Below are positions 21,069 to 32,037 of a stretch of DNA of 64,000 bases, one piece after another. The stretch is taken from assembly GCA_963693055.1 (NCBI GenBank), contig OY843751.1:5088001-5152000 (forward strand), given 5' to 3'. Origin of the DNA: a bacterium. GTDB lineage: Bacteria; Zhuqueibacterota; Zhuqueibacteria; Residuimicrobiales; Krinioviventaceae. The position numbers and the translations under genes were made by a program. The notes beneath the pieces were generated by a model, which saw only the letters and a list, made by a program, of their open reading frames with translations, had not been told where the DNA came from and did not search any database. The stretch's first letter is position 1; each line of letters starts with the position of its first letter.

Positions 21069-22412
21069 TTATCCATCCAGCGTCCAGCCTTTGCGATAAG
21101 GTTTGGTGAGATATTCGTTCGCGGCTTCATTGTTGGTTATACGTCCGGCTTTACCGTCATATTCCAATCTTTCTCCAACGCGGTACGCTGCAAGGCCCAG
21201 TGCAAGCTGTTCAATCTCGTTCCCGGCATACTCAAAATCGCAAGATGTTTTCAAATCTGTCTTGCAGGCATTAAACCACTCTTCTTGGAACCCTATCATT
21301 TCAGGGATTAATAAATTCTCTGATCGAGGTTTATAATAGGTCATATCCGCTTCATCGCCAAAAGGCAAAATGATGCGTGAATCAAAATCACAGATCAAAA
21401 ATCCTTTATCGCCCTTGAACATGGCGCCATGTCCAATTTGGTCCAGATCGATATACTTTTTCGGCGTTGTGGGCATATCTCCGCCCTGGTGCCAAACCAC
21501 CTTGATGGGGCCGCGCCAGGCGTTCGCTGGATGCTCAAAGACCGCTTTTAATTTCACCGGTGTAACATCAGGATTAAAGGGATCGCCTTCTGCTTCAACA
21601 GCAGTGGGAAAATCAGCATCAATTACATTCCATGCAAGATCCATGGTATGACTGCCCATATCTCCAACCTGGCCCATACCAAAGTCCCAGTACATATTCC
21701 AGCTCAAACAGTTATTGCCGGGATTCGGTCGTTCAAAGTACCCGGGATTATACGGATGGTATGGAGAAGGTCCCAGCCACAAATCATAATTCAAATGTTT
21801 GGGAGGATCTCCGGCAGCAGGCAGATACCCTGGTTTGGGCAATTGACGGTTGCCCCAGGTATGTACGGCTGAAAGCTCACCTATAACACCGTCCAGAATC
21901 AATTCACGCACGCGGTTAAAATTGGGTTTTGCATGACGCTGGGTTCCATGCTGGACTGCGATTTTATGTTTATTTTTCAGGTAATTTTCACGGACGGTCC
22001 GGGCTTCATGCACGGTAATACCAATGGGTTTTTCACAATAGACATGATATCCGCGGTTGATTGCCCAGTTGGCTACAAACGCATGATTATGATCAGGCGA
22101 GCAGATCACAACCGCGTCAATGCCCTTGTGGTCCAGACACTTGCGCCAGTCCACATACTTTTTCGCTCCCGGAAATTCTTTGGCAGCAATATCCAGATGG
22201 TTTGAATCGACATCACAAATGGCGATTACATTTTGAGTATGAAGACCCCGATAGTGTGCGGTTGCCCGTCCCCAGGCACCAATCAATGCAATGTTTAATT
22301 TATCACTGGGTTTATTCTGGCCAAACAGAGTACCAGACGGCAGTACCATCAATCCCGCTCCTGCGGCTGCGGTGGTACGCAAAAAATTTCTCCGTTCTTG
22401 CGAAAATTTCAT
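21069..22412 (-). CDS. Tat-exported Gfo/Idh/MocA oxidoreductase
   Basis: ERRNFL, SPDHNH, VYCEKP, GDMGSH. Confidence 0.93.
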   Translation of the reverse strand: MKFSQERRNFLRTTAAAGAGLMVLPSGTLFGQNKPSDKLNIALIGAWGRATAHYRGLHTQNVIAICDVDSNHLDIAAKEFPGAKKYVDWRKCLDHKGIDAVVICSPDHNHAFVANWAINRGYHVYCEKPIGITVHEARTVRENYLKNKHKIAVQHGTQRHAKPNFNRVRELILDGVIGELSAVHTWGNRQLPKPGYLPAAGDPPKHLNYDLWLGPSPYHPYNPGYFERPNPGNNCLSWNMYWDFGMGQVGDMGSHTMDLAWNVIDADFPTAVEAEGDPFNPDVTPVKLKAVFEHPANAWRGPIKVVWHQGGDMPTTPKKYIDLDQIGHGAMFKGDKGFLICDFDSRIILPFGDEADMTYYKPRSENLLIPEMIGFQEEWFNACKTDLKTSCDFEYAGNEIEQLALGLAAYRVGERLEYDGKAGRITNNEAANEYLTKPYRKGWTLDG

Positions 22413-22458
22413 AACCTCACTCCTTGATTTTTGACCTGTAAAACAATTTATATTTTAA

Positions 22459-23586
22459 TCACATATACCAACCATCAAAACGCTTCCACTCATCAATAAC
22501 TATATCATTTTGTATGACTTTATAATGATCATGCATGGTCGCAGTTGAACAGGCATGATTCGGCAAGATCCTCACCTTATTACCCCTGGCTAATTCGTTA
22601 TAGTCCACCTTGTTTCCTGATCGGGAGGTCACAATACCATGCTCCTGACTTGAGCCGCAAACATATAGATCATCAATAGGTTTGCCATTCACATCACATA
22701 CCACTCCAAAATCTTCTACATCACCCAACCCCCGATCTCCGGAAATAGCTGTCCAGCCGGCGTCAATCAATAAAAGATTACGTTCCGGTTGATGCCCTAT
22801 AACCGAAGCTAGTACTGATACCGCAATGTCATCCAGACTGCAAACGCCCAACTGTTTCATCATCAGATCCTGAAACAGGTAAACGCCGGTGCGCAGCTCG
22901 GTTACATCTGTCAGGTCTTTAGCAAAACTGGCAGTAGGTGTAGACCCCACACTCACAATAGGATAGTCAAATCCGGCATCTCTTAACCGTTTGGCGCTTT
23001 TTATGGTTTCAGCTCGTTCCTGTTCAGCATAGGCTACAATTTCATCCACAGATTTACTGACGTACGATGCTCCGGCATGGGTCAATACACCCTCTAGTGA
23101 AACTCCCGGTAAATCATTCAAAAGTTTTCCGGTTTCTAACAGCAGCTCACTCCCGGGTTTGATACCCGCACGATGTCCGTCACTGTCAATTTCTATCATC
23201 ACTTTAAAAGAGGAACCGAGTTCTTGTGCTTTTTCCGAGACGCTTCGTACCATTTCAGGACTGTCAAGAATGATCTTGACATCCGCACCTTTTGCGTTCA
23301 ATTCGGCAATATGTTTCAATTTATCAGGAACAATACCAATGGCATAGATAATATCTGTAATGCCCTGTTCTAAAAAATAGCTGGCTTCTTTCAAGGTAGA
23401 TGCTGTAATACGTTGTGCATTACCTTTTAAAGCCAATTCTACAACCTCTTTGCTCTTGGCTGTCTTTACATGTAGGCGCAGGTCTACGCCCAATTTTTGA
23501 ATCCGGGCATTCATTGTATCAATATTATTCTGTAATCGGGATTTGTCTAAAAGCAGGCAAGGTGTATCAAGAGAGTGGATATTCAT
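22459..23586 (-). CDS. DSD1-family PLP enzyme (D-serine dehydratase / D-threonine aldolase-like)
   Basis: TPCLLLD, RLHVKTAK, GHRAG, SVGSTPT, QEHG, PNHAC. Confidence 0.9.
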   Translation of the reverse strand: MNIHSLDTPCLLLDKSRLQNNIDTMNARIQKLGVDLRLHVKTAKSKEVVELALKGNAQRITASTLKEASYFLEQGITDIIYAIGIVPDKLKHIAELNAKGADVKIILDSPEMVRSVSEKAQELGSSFKVMIEIDSDGHRAGIKPGSELLLETGKLLNDLPGVSLEGVLTHAGASYVSKSVDEIVAYAEQERAETIKSAKRLRDAGFDYPIVSVGSTPTASFAKDLTDVTELRTGVYLFQDLMMKQLGVCSLDDIAVSVLASVIGHQPERNLLLIDAGWTAISGDRGLGDVEDFGVVCDVNGKPIDDLYVCGSSQEHGIVTSRSGNKVDYNELARGNKVRILPNHACSTATMHDHYKVIQNDIVIDEWKRFDGWYM

Positions 23587-23700
23587 AAAAGCTCCAATCG
23601 TTATCAGGCGATTTTATAAAATAGTAATCCTTTATTAATATCCAAATAAATTTTGGGCCAATAAAACGGGGTAACAAAACTTGGTTAGAAATTAACCAAT

Positions 23701-24171
23701 TCAGGCAACTCTTTTCCCCGAATTATCACATCGCAGCAATTCTTTTAAAAATCCTTTAGGGTCCTGAAGAGTATCCATGCATTTCAAATAAACCGCACAC
23801 AGCCGGCAATCATCCAGAGTTTTAAAACTGCAATTGGCAGGAGTAAGCCAACATGGGGCAGAACTCTCGCTAAAAGCGGGACAGTTTTCACGTATATCTT
23901 CCGGGCATCCTACAAAGGTCCAGCAGGGAGTTAACGAACATAACATCTTTACAGCTTCAAGATTCAATTTTTTAACTCGAATCAAATCCATTATAACCTG
24001 TACGCGTCGAATATCATTTCGGGAATATACCCGCCTGCCGGTTTTGGTTCTATGAGGAATAATCAAACCTGCTTGCTCATACATACGCAGTGTAGGGACT
24101 GCTATACCAAGCTTGTCGGCTGCCAAACCGATGGTATAAACAGGTTCATTCATTAATTCTTGATCGTCCAT
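23701..24171 (-). CDS. MerR/HspR-like regulator with Cys-rich (two-CW) C-terminal domain
   Basis: YTIGLAADKLG...TLRMYE...GRRVYS, then CW-x4-C-x7-CPA-x7-CW-x5-C-x7-CxxC. Confidence 0.9.
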   Translation of the reverse strand: MDDQELMNEPVYTIGLAADKLGIAVPTLRMYEQAGLIIPHRTKTGRRVYSRNDIRRVQVIMDLIRVKKLNLEAVKMLCSLTPCWTFVGCPEDIRENCPAFSESSAPCWLTPANCSFKTLDDCRLCAVYLKCMDTLQDPKGFLKELLRCDNSGKRVA

Positions 24172-24325
24172 TCTTCACCTTACAATATAGATTTTCTATA
24201 GAAATGGCTAAAACAATATACATGATATATTATTAGCAGTCAAGTAAAAGTGCCGCATTCTGCTGACAATGCTTCGCATATACGAACCAAACCCAAGTTT
24301 TTAATAAATTTATACTGCTTTTCAC

Positions 24326-24373
24326 TTGACACTTTATTGGCAATTATGTATATACCTATAGTGAACACTATAG
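24326..24373 (+). promoter_or_regulatory. Promoter and inverted repeat upstream of the cytochrome gene
   Basis: TTGACA at 24326, TATATA at 24349, CTATAGTG-AA-CACTATAG at 24356-24373. Confidence 0.6.
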
Positions 24374-24484
24374 ATTTTGTTGTTTTTACAAAACAGAAAA
24401 AATTAGATGGCTACAGCAAGGATAAAGTATACAAAAATATACATTATCTATTCAACATATAAATCATTTACAGGAGGTAAACCC

Positions 24485-27103
24485 ATGAACAAATTGTACA
24501 TCGTTTTTCTATGCGTTCTACTTGCCTTTTCCGCAGCGATGTCACAAACTGTATCCATCATGCCGCATGGAATCTCACCTGCGCAGATGAAGGCGGATAC
24601 ATTGGGAGACGCGGATTATGTCGGTATATTTGATCGTACGTATTCTGGTATTCTCAATGTAGGTGTAGAAACACAAACATACCTGAAAGGTATGAGTGAT
24701 GTTCAACTTGTAGCACCCACATGGACGGTTGTTACAAAGCCAAACAATTCCAATGCTGACATTGCAAAAACTGCGGATGTTGACACATCAACCCAGTTTG
24801 CTGTTTTCACCCCCGATGTTGTCGGTACATATGTCATTGAATTTGCCGATGGCGGTGAACCCGCATCTGTAACCATCAATGCCGCCAAATATATTGGCTT
24901 TCAGGATGGTAACTGTTCACTCTGTCACAGTGGTATTGCTTCCGATTGGAGGGAAACCGGTCACGCTGACTTTTTTACCAGAGCTCTCGATGGTGAGGTA
25001 AGCAGCCACTATAGCGAAAGTTGTATTTCCTGTCACGTCGTAGGATACGACCTTGATGCCGACAATGACGGTTTTGACGATTTTGCATTTGAATTCCCCG
25101 CAACGTTAGAAGCAGGCACAGCCGATGCAATGGTCGCGCAATATCCCAATGCAATGAAACGCGCAAATATCCAGTGTGAGGCTTGTCACGGACCGGCCGG
25201 TTCACATTATGGAATTACAGAAGACAATAAAATGGTTGCTCCTCTGGCCTCTCAGGCTTGTAATGTATGTCATGATGATGATCATTATCATGTATATCCA
25301 TCACAATGGAAAACCGCAGGTCATGCAAACATTCCTTCATATCCCGGTGGCTCAAGAACCACTTGTCGAGGATGTCACAATGGTGCACAATTTGTTCAGT
25401 ACGTTGAAGGTGAAACAATTACCGTTCAAGACCACGTAGATATAACTTGTGCTGTATGTCACGATCCTCACTCTGCTGAAAATGAAAATCAATTGCGTAC
25501 ATTGGATGCAACCTTGTCGAATGACATGATGGTATCCGGTGTTGGTAAAGGCGCTCTCTGTATGAACTGTCACCAAAGTCGCCAGGAAGCCAACTCTTAT
25601 ACCGAACAACCCTCAGGACACTTTGGCCCACATTACGCACCTCAGGCTGATATGCTGTTGGGTGTTAATGTTGTTACATTTGGTAAAACCCTGCCCGTAT
25701 CTCCTCACCTTGAAGCTACAGGTGATGCATGCGTAACCTGTCATATGTATGAAGGTTCTAATGGCGGACATGATGCAGAAGGCAACCTGACCACAGCCGG
25801 TATGCACTCATTCAGTATGGTTAGTGCTGGTGGTGTAGACAATGTCGCTGCATGTTCAGATTGTCATGGAGATGTTGGTGAAACTTTTGCTGAAAAGAAA
25901 TATTTCCTGAATGGCATTGCCGATCATGATGGCGACGGCGTTGACGAAGGTCTGCAGGAAGAAGTTCATGGTTTAATGGATGTTCTTGCTGAAATGCTGC
26001 CGCACGCAGCAGATGTTGAAGCCTTTGATCCCCATGATGATCCGGATTCTACCTGGACAAAAACCGAATTAAAAGCTGCTTTTAACCACAAAATGGTTTA
26101 CTATGATCACAGTTATGGTATCCACAACCCGGCGTTTACCGTTTCTCTGCTAAAAGTTAGTATTCAAGCATTGATGAATAATGCAATTGACGGTGACATT
26201 GTTGCAATTGACGATGTTCCCAACGATCAGGGTAAACAGGTTCGTATCATATGGAGCAAGTTTGTAGATGACGGTACCGCAATTGATCCTGTTAATACGT
26301 ATATCGTAAAACGCTGGGATGTAGATAAAGAAGTTTGGGTAGGCGTTGGTGAACACACTGCCGATGGCAGCATGCGTTACGCAATGGTTGTTCCTACCGT
26401 TTACGATTCTACTGCAATGGGCGATGGAATGACCTCGTTCAAGGTAGTAGCCGTAACCCAGGGTAGCAATGTTCACGAATCTCTGCCGGCAGATGGTTAC
26501 TCTGTTGACAATCTTGTTCCTATGGCTCCAACAAATGTTATGGCCAATATTGTTAGCGGTCAGGTACAAATCACCTGGGATGAACCTGTAGATACTGATT
26601 TTAAATACTTTGCAGTATATCGCAGTGACGCATCCGGTTTTGAACCTACCGAATCAAACCTGGTTGGAACCATTACCGGTACCCAGTTTACTGATATGGA
26701 AATCAGTCAGAACGAGACCTATTACTATAAAGTCTCTGCAATCGATTTCTCAGGAAACGAATCAACACATTCAGAAGTTTCTATTCTGATTACTGCTATT
26801 GAAGGTGAAGGCGGCTCTGTGCCCACAACCTTCTCACTGGCTCAAAACTATCCGAACCCGTTCAACCCAACTACCATGATTGAGTTTGGTGTTCCCCGGG
26901 CGGAACAAGTTACCATCCGTATCTATGACATTCGCGGATCGCTGGTACGCACCCTTGCCGATGGCAAATTTGCAGCCGGTTTCCACAATGTTATTTGGGA
27001 TGGACGTAACGAATCAGGCTTGTTGGTAAGTGCGGGCACATATCTCTATCGCCTTGAATCTCCAACAACCAACTTTACCAAAAAGATGATATTCCTCAAA
27101 TAA
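24485..27103 (+). CDS. Nine-heme c-type cytochrome with FN3 and T9SS/FlgD-type C-terminal domain
   Basis: AGGAGG RBS, signal peptide, nine CXXCH motifs, FN3 (YYYKVSAID), YPNPFNPTT...KKMIFLK. Confidence 0.92.
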   Translation: MNKLYIVFLCVLLAFSAAMSQTVSIMPHGISPAQMKADTLGDADYVGIFDRTYSGILNVGVETQTYLKGMSDVQLVAPTWTVVTKPNNSNADIAKTADVDTSTQFAVFTPDVVGTYVIEFADGGEPASVTINAAKYIGFQDGNCSLCHSGIASDWRETGHADFFTRALDGEVSSHYSESCISCHVVGYDLDADNDGFDDFAFEFPATLEAGTADAMVAQYPNAMKRANIQCEACHGPAGSHYGITEDNKMVAPLASQACNVCHDDDHYHVYPSQWKTAGHANIPSYPGGSRTTCRGCHNGAQFVQYVEGETITVQDHVDITCAVCHDPHSAENENQLRTLDATLSNDMMVSGVGKGALCMNCHQSRQEANSYTEQPSGHFGPHYAPQADMLLGVNVVTFGKTLPVSPHLEATGDACVTCHMYEGSNGGHDAEGNLTTAGMHSFSMVSAGGVDNVAACSDCHGDVGETFAEKKYFLNGIADHDGDGVDEGLQEEVHGLMDVLAEMLPHAADVEAFDPHDDPDSTWTKTELKAAFNHKMVYYDHSYGIHNPAFTVSLLKVSIQALMNNAIDGDIVAIDDVPNDQGKQVRIIWSKFVDDGTAIDPVNTYIVKRWDVDKEVWVGVGEHTADGSMRYAMVVPTVYDSTAMGDGMTSFKVVAVTQGSNVHESLPADGYSVDNLVPMAPTNVMANIVSGQVQITWDEPVDTDFKYFAVYRSDASGFEPTESNLVGTITGTQFTDMEISQNETYYYKVSAIDFSGNESTHSEVSILITAIEGEGGSVPTTFSLAQNYPNPFNPTTMIEFGVPRAEQVTIRIYDIRGSLVRTLADGKFAAGFHNVIWDGRNESGLLVSAGTYLYRLESPTTNFTKKMIFLK

Positions 27104-27129
27104 TTGAGATAAAAAGGTCCCTATCGAAG

Positions 27130-27164
27130 AAAAGCCGGTCCTGATGTTTTGGGACCGGCTTTTT
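27130..27164 (+). terminator. Intrinsic terminator
   Basis: AAAAGCCGGTCC...GGACCGGCTTTTT. Confidence 0.8.
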
Positions 27165-27286
27165 CTTTTACGAATTATTACTTTGAATAGTGATTCCTGG
27201 AATAATTTTTTGACATTTACTTCCTGAGTTTAAATCCTCGTTACAATCAAAAAAAGGTCTTCCCTCAATTGTAATCCCCTGATTTT

Positions 27287-28138
27287 TCAAGGTTTGATAT
27301 ACTCTTTCAGTATTGTCGTTTTCGGAAATTGTTTCTGCAACTCGATCAGGGAATTTTGGTGTTCCTGTTCAGGCAACAATGCCAGCCACTGATCTATTGC
27401 CATAAATAGAACAGGCTCAACTTCTTCTTTTTCCTGAATGTGTTGTGCACCATTATTCTTTTCCAGTTTAAAATCTATTTTCTCTTTCTTTTCATTCTGC
27501 AACTGCCCAAGCCCCTTTTTCACTGCTTTCAATGCCATGTCCCTTGCTTGCTGCAACTCGTCAATCTCTACATAGTATCCCGCAATATGCAAATATGGCA
27601 ACAGACTGGGTGTATTGTACTGTATGGCTTTGCGATAGTAATCCACATAGGCTGTATCCATACCCACAAAATACAACAGCAATCCCATCCGTAGATAGGG
27701 GTAATCCCAATCCGGTTTTATCGCAACCATAGCTTTATAAGCCGCCAGTGATATTTGAGGGTCCATATCTTCATACATTCGGGCAATCTTGCTGTACAAC
27801 TGCAAACTGTCTTGCTGTGTTGTCACTACATTCAAAGATTGCCTATACACCTGTTCAAGAACCTCCGGTATTTGAGGTTCTCCATAATATTTCCCCTGTA
27901 ATGAAAGCAAAAGCGCTTCTGCTTTATCAAATTCTCCCAAACCTGTATATGCTCTGGCAAGTCCCAGACCTGTGTGTAGCGTATCTGATGAGGTTTGCCC
28001 TGCATTTTTAAAAAAGCTGACGGCTTTATCAAACTCCTGATTCTCAACATACAGAAATCCAGGCTCCAGTTGTTTCGAGGCTCCCCAAAGATAAAGTGGA
28101 ACCATCATTACGAATAGTGCTTTTTTAAAAACTCTCAT
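27287..28138 (-). CDS. Secreted tetratricopeptide-repeat protein
   Basis: Signal peptide, helical repeats such as LARAYTGLGEFDKAEALL. Confidence 0.75.
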   Translation of the reverse strand: MRVFKKALFVMMVPLYLWGASKQLEPGFLYVENQEFDKAVSFFKNAGQTSSDTLHTGLGLARAYTGLGEFDKAEALLLSLQGKYYGEPQIPEVLEQVYRQSLNVVTTQQDSLQLYSKIARMYEDMDPQISLAAYKAMVAIKPDWDYPYLRMGLLLYFVGMDTAYVDYYRKAIQYNTPSLLPYLHIAGYYVEIDELQQARDMALKAVKKGLGQLQNEKKEKIDFKLEKNNGAQHIQEKEEVEPVLFMAIDQWLALLPEQEHQNSLIELQKQFPKTTILKEYIKP

Positions 28139-28412
28139 ATTTTTCTCATTTTTTCATTTAGAAAACCAGACAGATTTATTACAGCTATTTATATCAGAAC
28201 AAAAAAATCTGCTTTATATTCGAAATATAATCGTATAGACCTTTACTAGCAAGCCTAAATCATCAATTCTGTGACAGGCATAACAGAAAAGCTGCTATAT
28301 GAGCTTATTTATCAAATCTAAAACAAATAAAGGGACGCATTTTTGTCGAAAAACGTTGTTTTTGTTGGATTAATATCATATTATAAGCAATCAATAATTT
28401 GTTGAGGCCTTT

Positions 28413-29318
28413 TTGATAGACACATTCACACTCATTTTACACGATGCCATTGTTATTACAGCAACAAGTTTTTTCCTTCTGCTTTACATGCGCTTACAAA
28501 AAACCTATTCCGGATTTGACTTGTGGCTGCTAAGCATGTTTTTAACAGGCACTGTTTACTTTATAATGCTGGGTAGAGAGATATTTATTCCGGCATGGAC
28601 AAGTATTCTTTTAGTAAATTTTACATTCACCCTGGCAGCCATTATTCGATACGATGGCACCCTTCGATTCACCTTTGATCGGCGCTTGAATAAAAAATAT
28701 TATTTGATCCCGATATTTCAATTACTAATTGCCATTTACTTTACATTCTTTCAGGATGAAATTATTATTCGCAATTTCACTCTCACATTAATTATTTGCT
28801 ATATGGCAGTTTCAATAGCTATTCTCTTCTTTAAACGATCAAGGAAAAAAAAGACAACCATCTATTTATTTGCGGGTTATTTACAATTAATTTTTTCTAT
28901 ATTATTATTTTTGCGTGCATTTTTTTGGATATTCACCCCCCAAAGAGGATTATTCGACTCGAGTTCCCTGCATATTGTATACTTTATATTCATTACCATA
29001 TACGAGTTTGGCTGGGGCGTTTGCATCATGATGCTCAATGGGAAACGCCTTGAAGATGAATTAAAAGAATCAAAAGATAAGCTGGATGTTACAGTCAAAG
29101 AGCTGATAAAAGCAATATCCGAACTCAAAACATTGAGCGGCCTGGTCCCCATTTGCTCATCTTGTAAAAGCATAAGGGACGACAAAGGTTACTGGAACCA
29201 ACTGGAAGCTTATGTTGAAAAACACTCTGACGCAAGATTCAGTCACGGCATCTGTCCTGATTGCGCAAGAAAATTATACCCACAATTGTATCCCGATACT
29301 GACAACGATAATGAATGA
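28413..29318 (+). CDS. Multi-TM membrane sensor-like protein with C-terminal Cys/His putative metal-binding domain
   Basis: About 7 hydrophobic segments, coiled coil, PICSSCKSIRD...FSHGICPDC. Confidence 0.8.
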   Translation: MIDTFTLILHDAIVITATSFFLLLYMRLQKTYSGFDLWLLSMFLTGTVYFIMLGREIFIPAWTSILLVNFTFTLAAIIRYDGTLRFTFDRRLNKKYYLIPIFQLLIAIYFTFFQDEIIIRNFTLTLIICYMAVSIAILFFKRSRKKKTTIYLFAGYLQLIFSILLFLRAFFWIFTPQRGLFDSSSLHIVYFIFITIYEFGWGVCIMMLNGKRLEDELKESKDKLDVTVKELIKAISELKTLSGLVPICSSCKSIRDDKGYWNQLEAYVEKHSDARFSHGICPDCARKLYPQLYPDTDNDNE

Positions 29319-29466
29319 AAATTAATCCCCTGATAATGGATACTACTGCTCCGGATGCTCTTGACCAATCCCCTAAAAATTACACACCCAGAGTAAAAAA
29401 ATCAATTATACATAAAAATCCACAATCCCCTCAAAAAACTATTACAACGTGGAAAACACTATCACA

Positions 29467-29943
29467 TCAATACATGAAATCATACTTGCTTTCATTATAG
29501 CCATAGTTGGTAAAATTACCAATGGTAGGATGTTCAAGCTGTACAAATTCATCCACCGGCACTTTGATTACATTGTCATGCGTTCCCGTATTAAAACAGA
29601 TCTCTTTTTTCTCAAGAACCGTATTTGAGCAATACACCGGTATATCTACCAGTGTGCCCAGTGCGGGAAGAGCGGTAGCATCGCACTTGGGGAACAAGAC
29701 TTGACATTCATCTTCCTGTACAATATCAATGCGATCCACATGCAGCATACACTTCATGCGTTTGATATCAATATGCTCACTTTTCTTTAACACCATTAAA
29801 GCATACTGCCCATCTATTTTTACAGGTACGGTTTTAACGGTTCCGTCAAATTCATTATCATGATTGCTAAAATAATCGGACAAGATATCCCAATGAATTC
29901 TGTTGGTATTTAAATATTTTTTTATAACATCAGCATTTAACAT
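29467..29943 (-). CDS. YbaK/EbsC-like aminoacyl-tRNA editing-domain protein
   Basis: VKTVPVKIDG, LFPKCDATALPALG, ICFNTGTH. Confidence 0.75.
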   Translation of the reverse strand: MLNADVIKKYLNTNRIHWDILSDYFSNHDNEFDGTVKTVPVKIDGQYALMVLKKSEHIDIKRMKCMLHVDRIDIVQEDECQVLFPKCDATALPALGTLVDIPVYCSNTVLEKKEICFNTGTHDNVIKVPVDEFVQLEHPTIGNFTNYGYNESKYDFMY

Positions 29944-30218
29944 AACAAACCTCCAATATATAGTAAAAGGAGAAAATTAAATATATAAATTAATAAAATC
30001 TCTAGCCTGCAAGTCAGAGGTAATCAGAAAACTATAGAAGATGTGTATCCTGGCCCTTTTTATTTTTAACATCGCTAAAAATGGCAATATTCCGAGGATT
30101 TCAAACCGTCATAAAATTTTATTCTTGTATTAAGCAAATATTGGTTGTATTATTCAATACAGCAAGAGCAGCATTATTATGACCTTTATAATTCAATCAT
30201 ATAAAAAGGAGTGCAAAC

Positions 30219-31621
30219 ATGCAAGATCAAAAGTCTAGTGAAAAAAGGCAGGACAAGGGTCTGTCACGCCGGGAATTTCTTGGCGGTACTGCTGTAGCAG
30301 CAGGAGCCGCGTTTACGATTGTTCCCAGTTCAGTACTGGCCGGTAACGGAAAAACCGCCCCCAGTGACAAGATCAATATCGCAGCAATTGGAGCCGGTGG
30401 TATGGGCGGTGGAAATCTGTCCCGATGTGAGACCGAAAATATAGTTGCCTTGTGTGACGTTGATGATGACCGTGCCGCAAAGAGCTATGAAAAATATCCC
30501 GATGCAGCTCGTTACGCAGATTATCGTATTATGCTTGACAAACAAAAAGACATTGACGCGGTGATTGTTGCAACTCCAGACCATACGCATGCACCTGCGG
30601 GTATTGCCTGCATGAATCACGGTAAACATGTATATGTACAAAAACCCATGGCGCATACGGTTTTTGAAGCCCGTAAAATGGCCGAGGTTGCCAGAGCCAA
30701 TAACGTTATGACCCAAATGGGTAACCAGGGACATTCCGGCGAAGGTGTGCGTTTAATGACAGAATGGATCCAGGATGGCGCCATTGGCGATGTTCGCAAA
30801 GTGGTTGCATGGACCAACAGACCCGTATGGCCGCAAGGCTTGTATCGCCCTTATGAAAAACCCCGTGTTCCCGACACCATGAACTGGGACTTGTGGCTGG
30901 GTTCTGCCCCGTTCGTCCGTATCACCCCGCATACGCTCCCTGGAGCTGGCGCGCATGGTGGGACTTTGGCTGCGGTGCTATTGGAGATATGGCTTGCCAT
31001 GTACTGGACCCCGTCTTTACCGTAATGGAACCGGGTTTCCCCTCTTCTGTTGAAGCCTGTACGCCACAAGTGTATGTTGAAGGCAGAATCCTTAAAAATT
31101 CAATTGAAGAGTGCGGACCCACATCATCCATCATTCACTATCGTTTCCCCAAACGCAAAAAAATGCCGGCGTTTGAACTGACCTGGTACGATGGCGGACT
31201 CATGCCGCCCCGTCCGGAAGAACTGGAACCCGGCCGCAGAATGGGTGGCGGTAACAGTGGTGTAATTTTTGAAGGTGACAAGGGCAAGATCATGTGCGGC
31301 GAATATGGCGACAACCCCCGCATCATTCCCGAAGCCAAAATGAAAGAATACAAACAACCCAAACAAACTATTGAACGTGTTCCCGGCGGCAGCGGCGGCC
31401 ATGAACAGGATTGGATCCGCGCCTGTAAAGACGGCAAACCCGCCTGCTCAAACTTTGATTACGCCGGCCCCATGACCGAAACCGTATTGCTGGGTAATGT
31501 GGCAATCCGTGCCGGTAACAACCTGCAACTGGATTGGGACGGCCAAAACATGAAAGTGCTCAACCATGACGAAGCCAATCAGTATGTAAACAAACAATAC
31601 AGAGAAGGTTTTGGCATTTAA
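30219..31621 (+). pseudogene. Tat-exported Gfo/Idh/MocA oxidoreductase split by a frameshift near 30911
   Basis: SRREFL, TPDHTH, VYVQKP in the first frame. WDLWLGSAP continues as VRPYHP...GDMACH in the other frame. Confidence 0.85.
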
Positions 31622-31783
31622 ATCAAAGTATTAAAAATTTCCTCCCGCCCAAGCTGTGCTTGGGTGGGATTTTTTTTAGGATTTGCTATATCCAACCTAC
31701 TTGATATTTCTCACGCCTCCCGACCAAGCTGCAAGACGGTGAAAATAATTATAAAAAACAGTATCGCATTTTTTATTAAAGAC

Positions 31784-31946
31784 GTGGAGTGCATTACTTT
31801 TAAGGAATGCGGTCCGTCAAAGACGGCCCTGATGTAATTATACTTTTGAACTTACAATAACACTGTAATTTCTTTATATTTATTTAAGAGGTCAAATTTA
31901 TATCGGACCATTGGCCCGACACATCGCATAAACGCGATGCACTCCA
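31784..31946 (+). repeat. GGAG-type REP doublet (REPIN/MITE-like), copy 1
   Basis: TGGAGTGCA...TGCACTCCA termini, each with two GC hairpins, AT-rich core. Inverted homologous copy at 42720-42892. Confidence 0.8.
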
Positions 31947-31968
31947 AAAACAAAAAAATTTCTAGTAC

Positions 31969-32037
31969 GTATCCCGGACTTGGCATCGGGATTTTTATCT
32001 CCAATTACAATAATCCCAGACACGAGGTTCGGGCTAC
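31969..32037. repeat. GTAG-type REP doublet
   Basis: GTATCCCGGAC...CGGGAT and, on the minus strand, GTAGCCCGAAC...TGGGAT. Related copy near 60375-60395. Confidence 0.55.
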
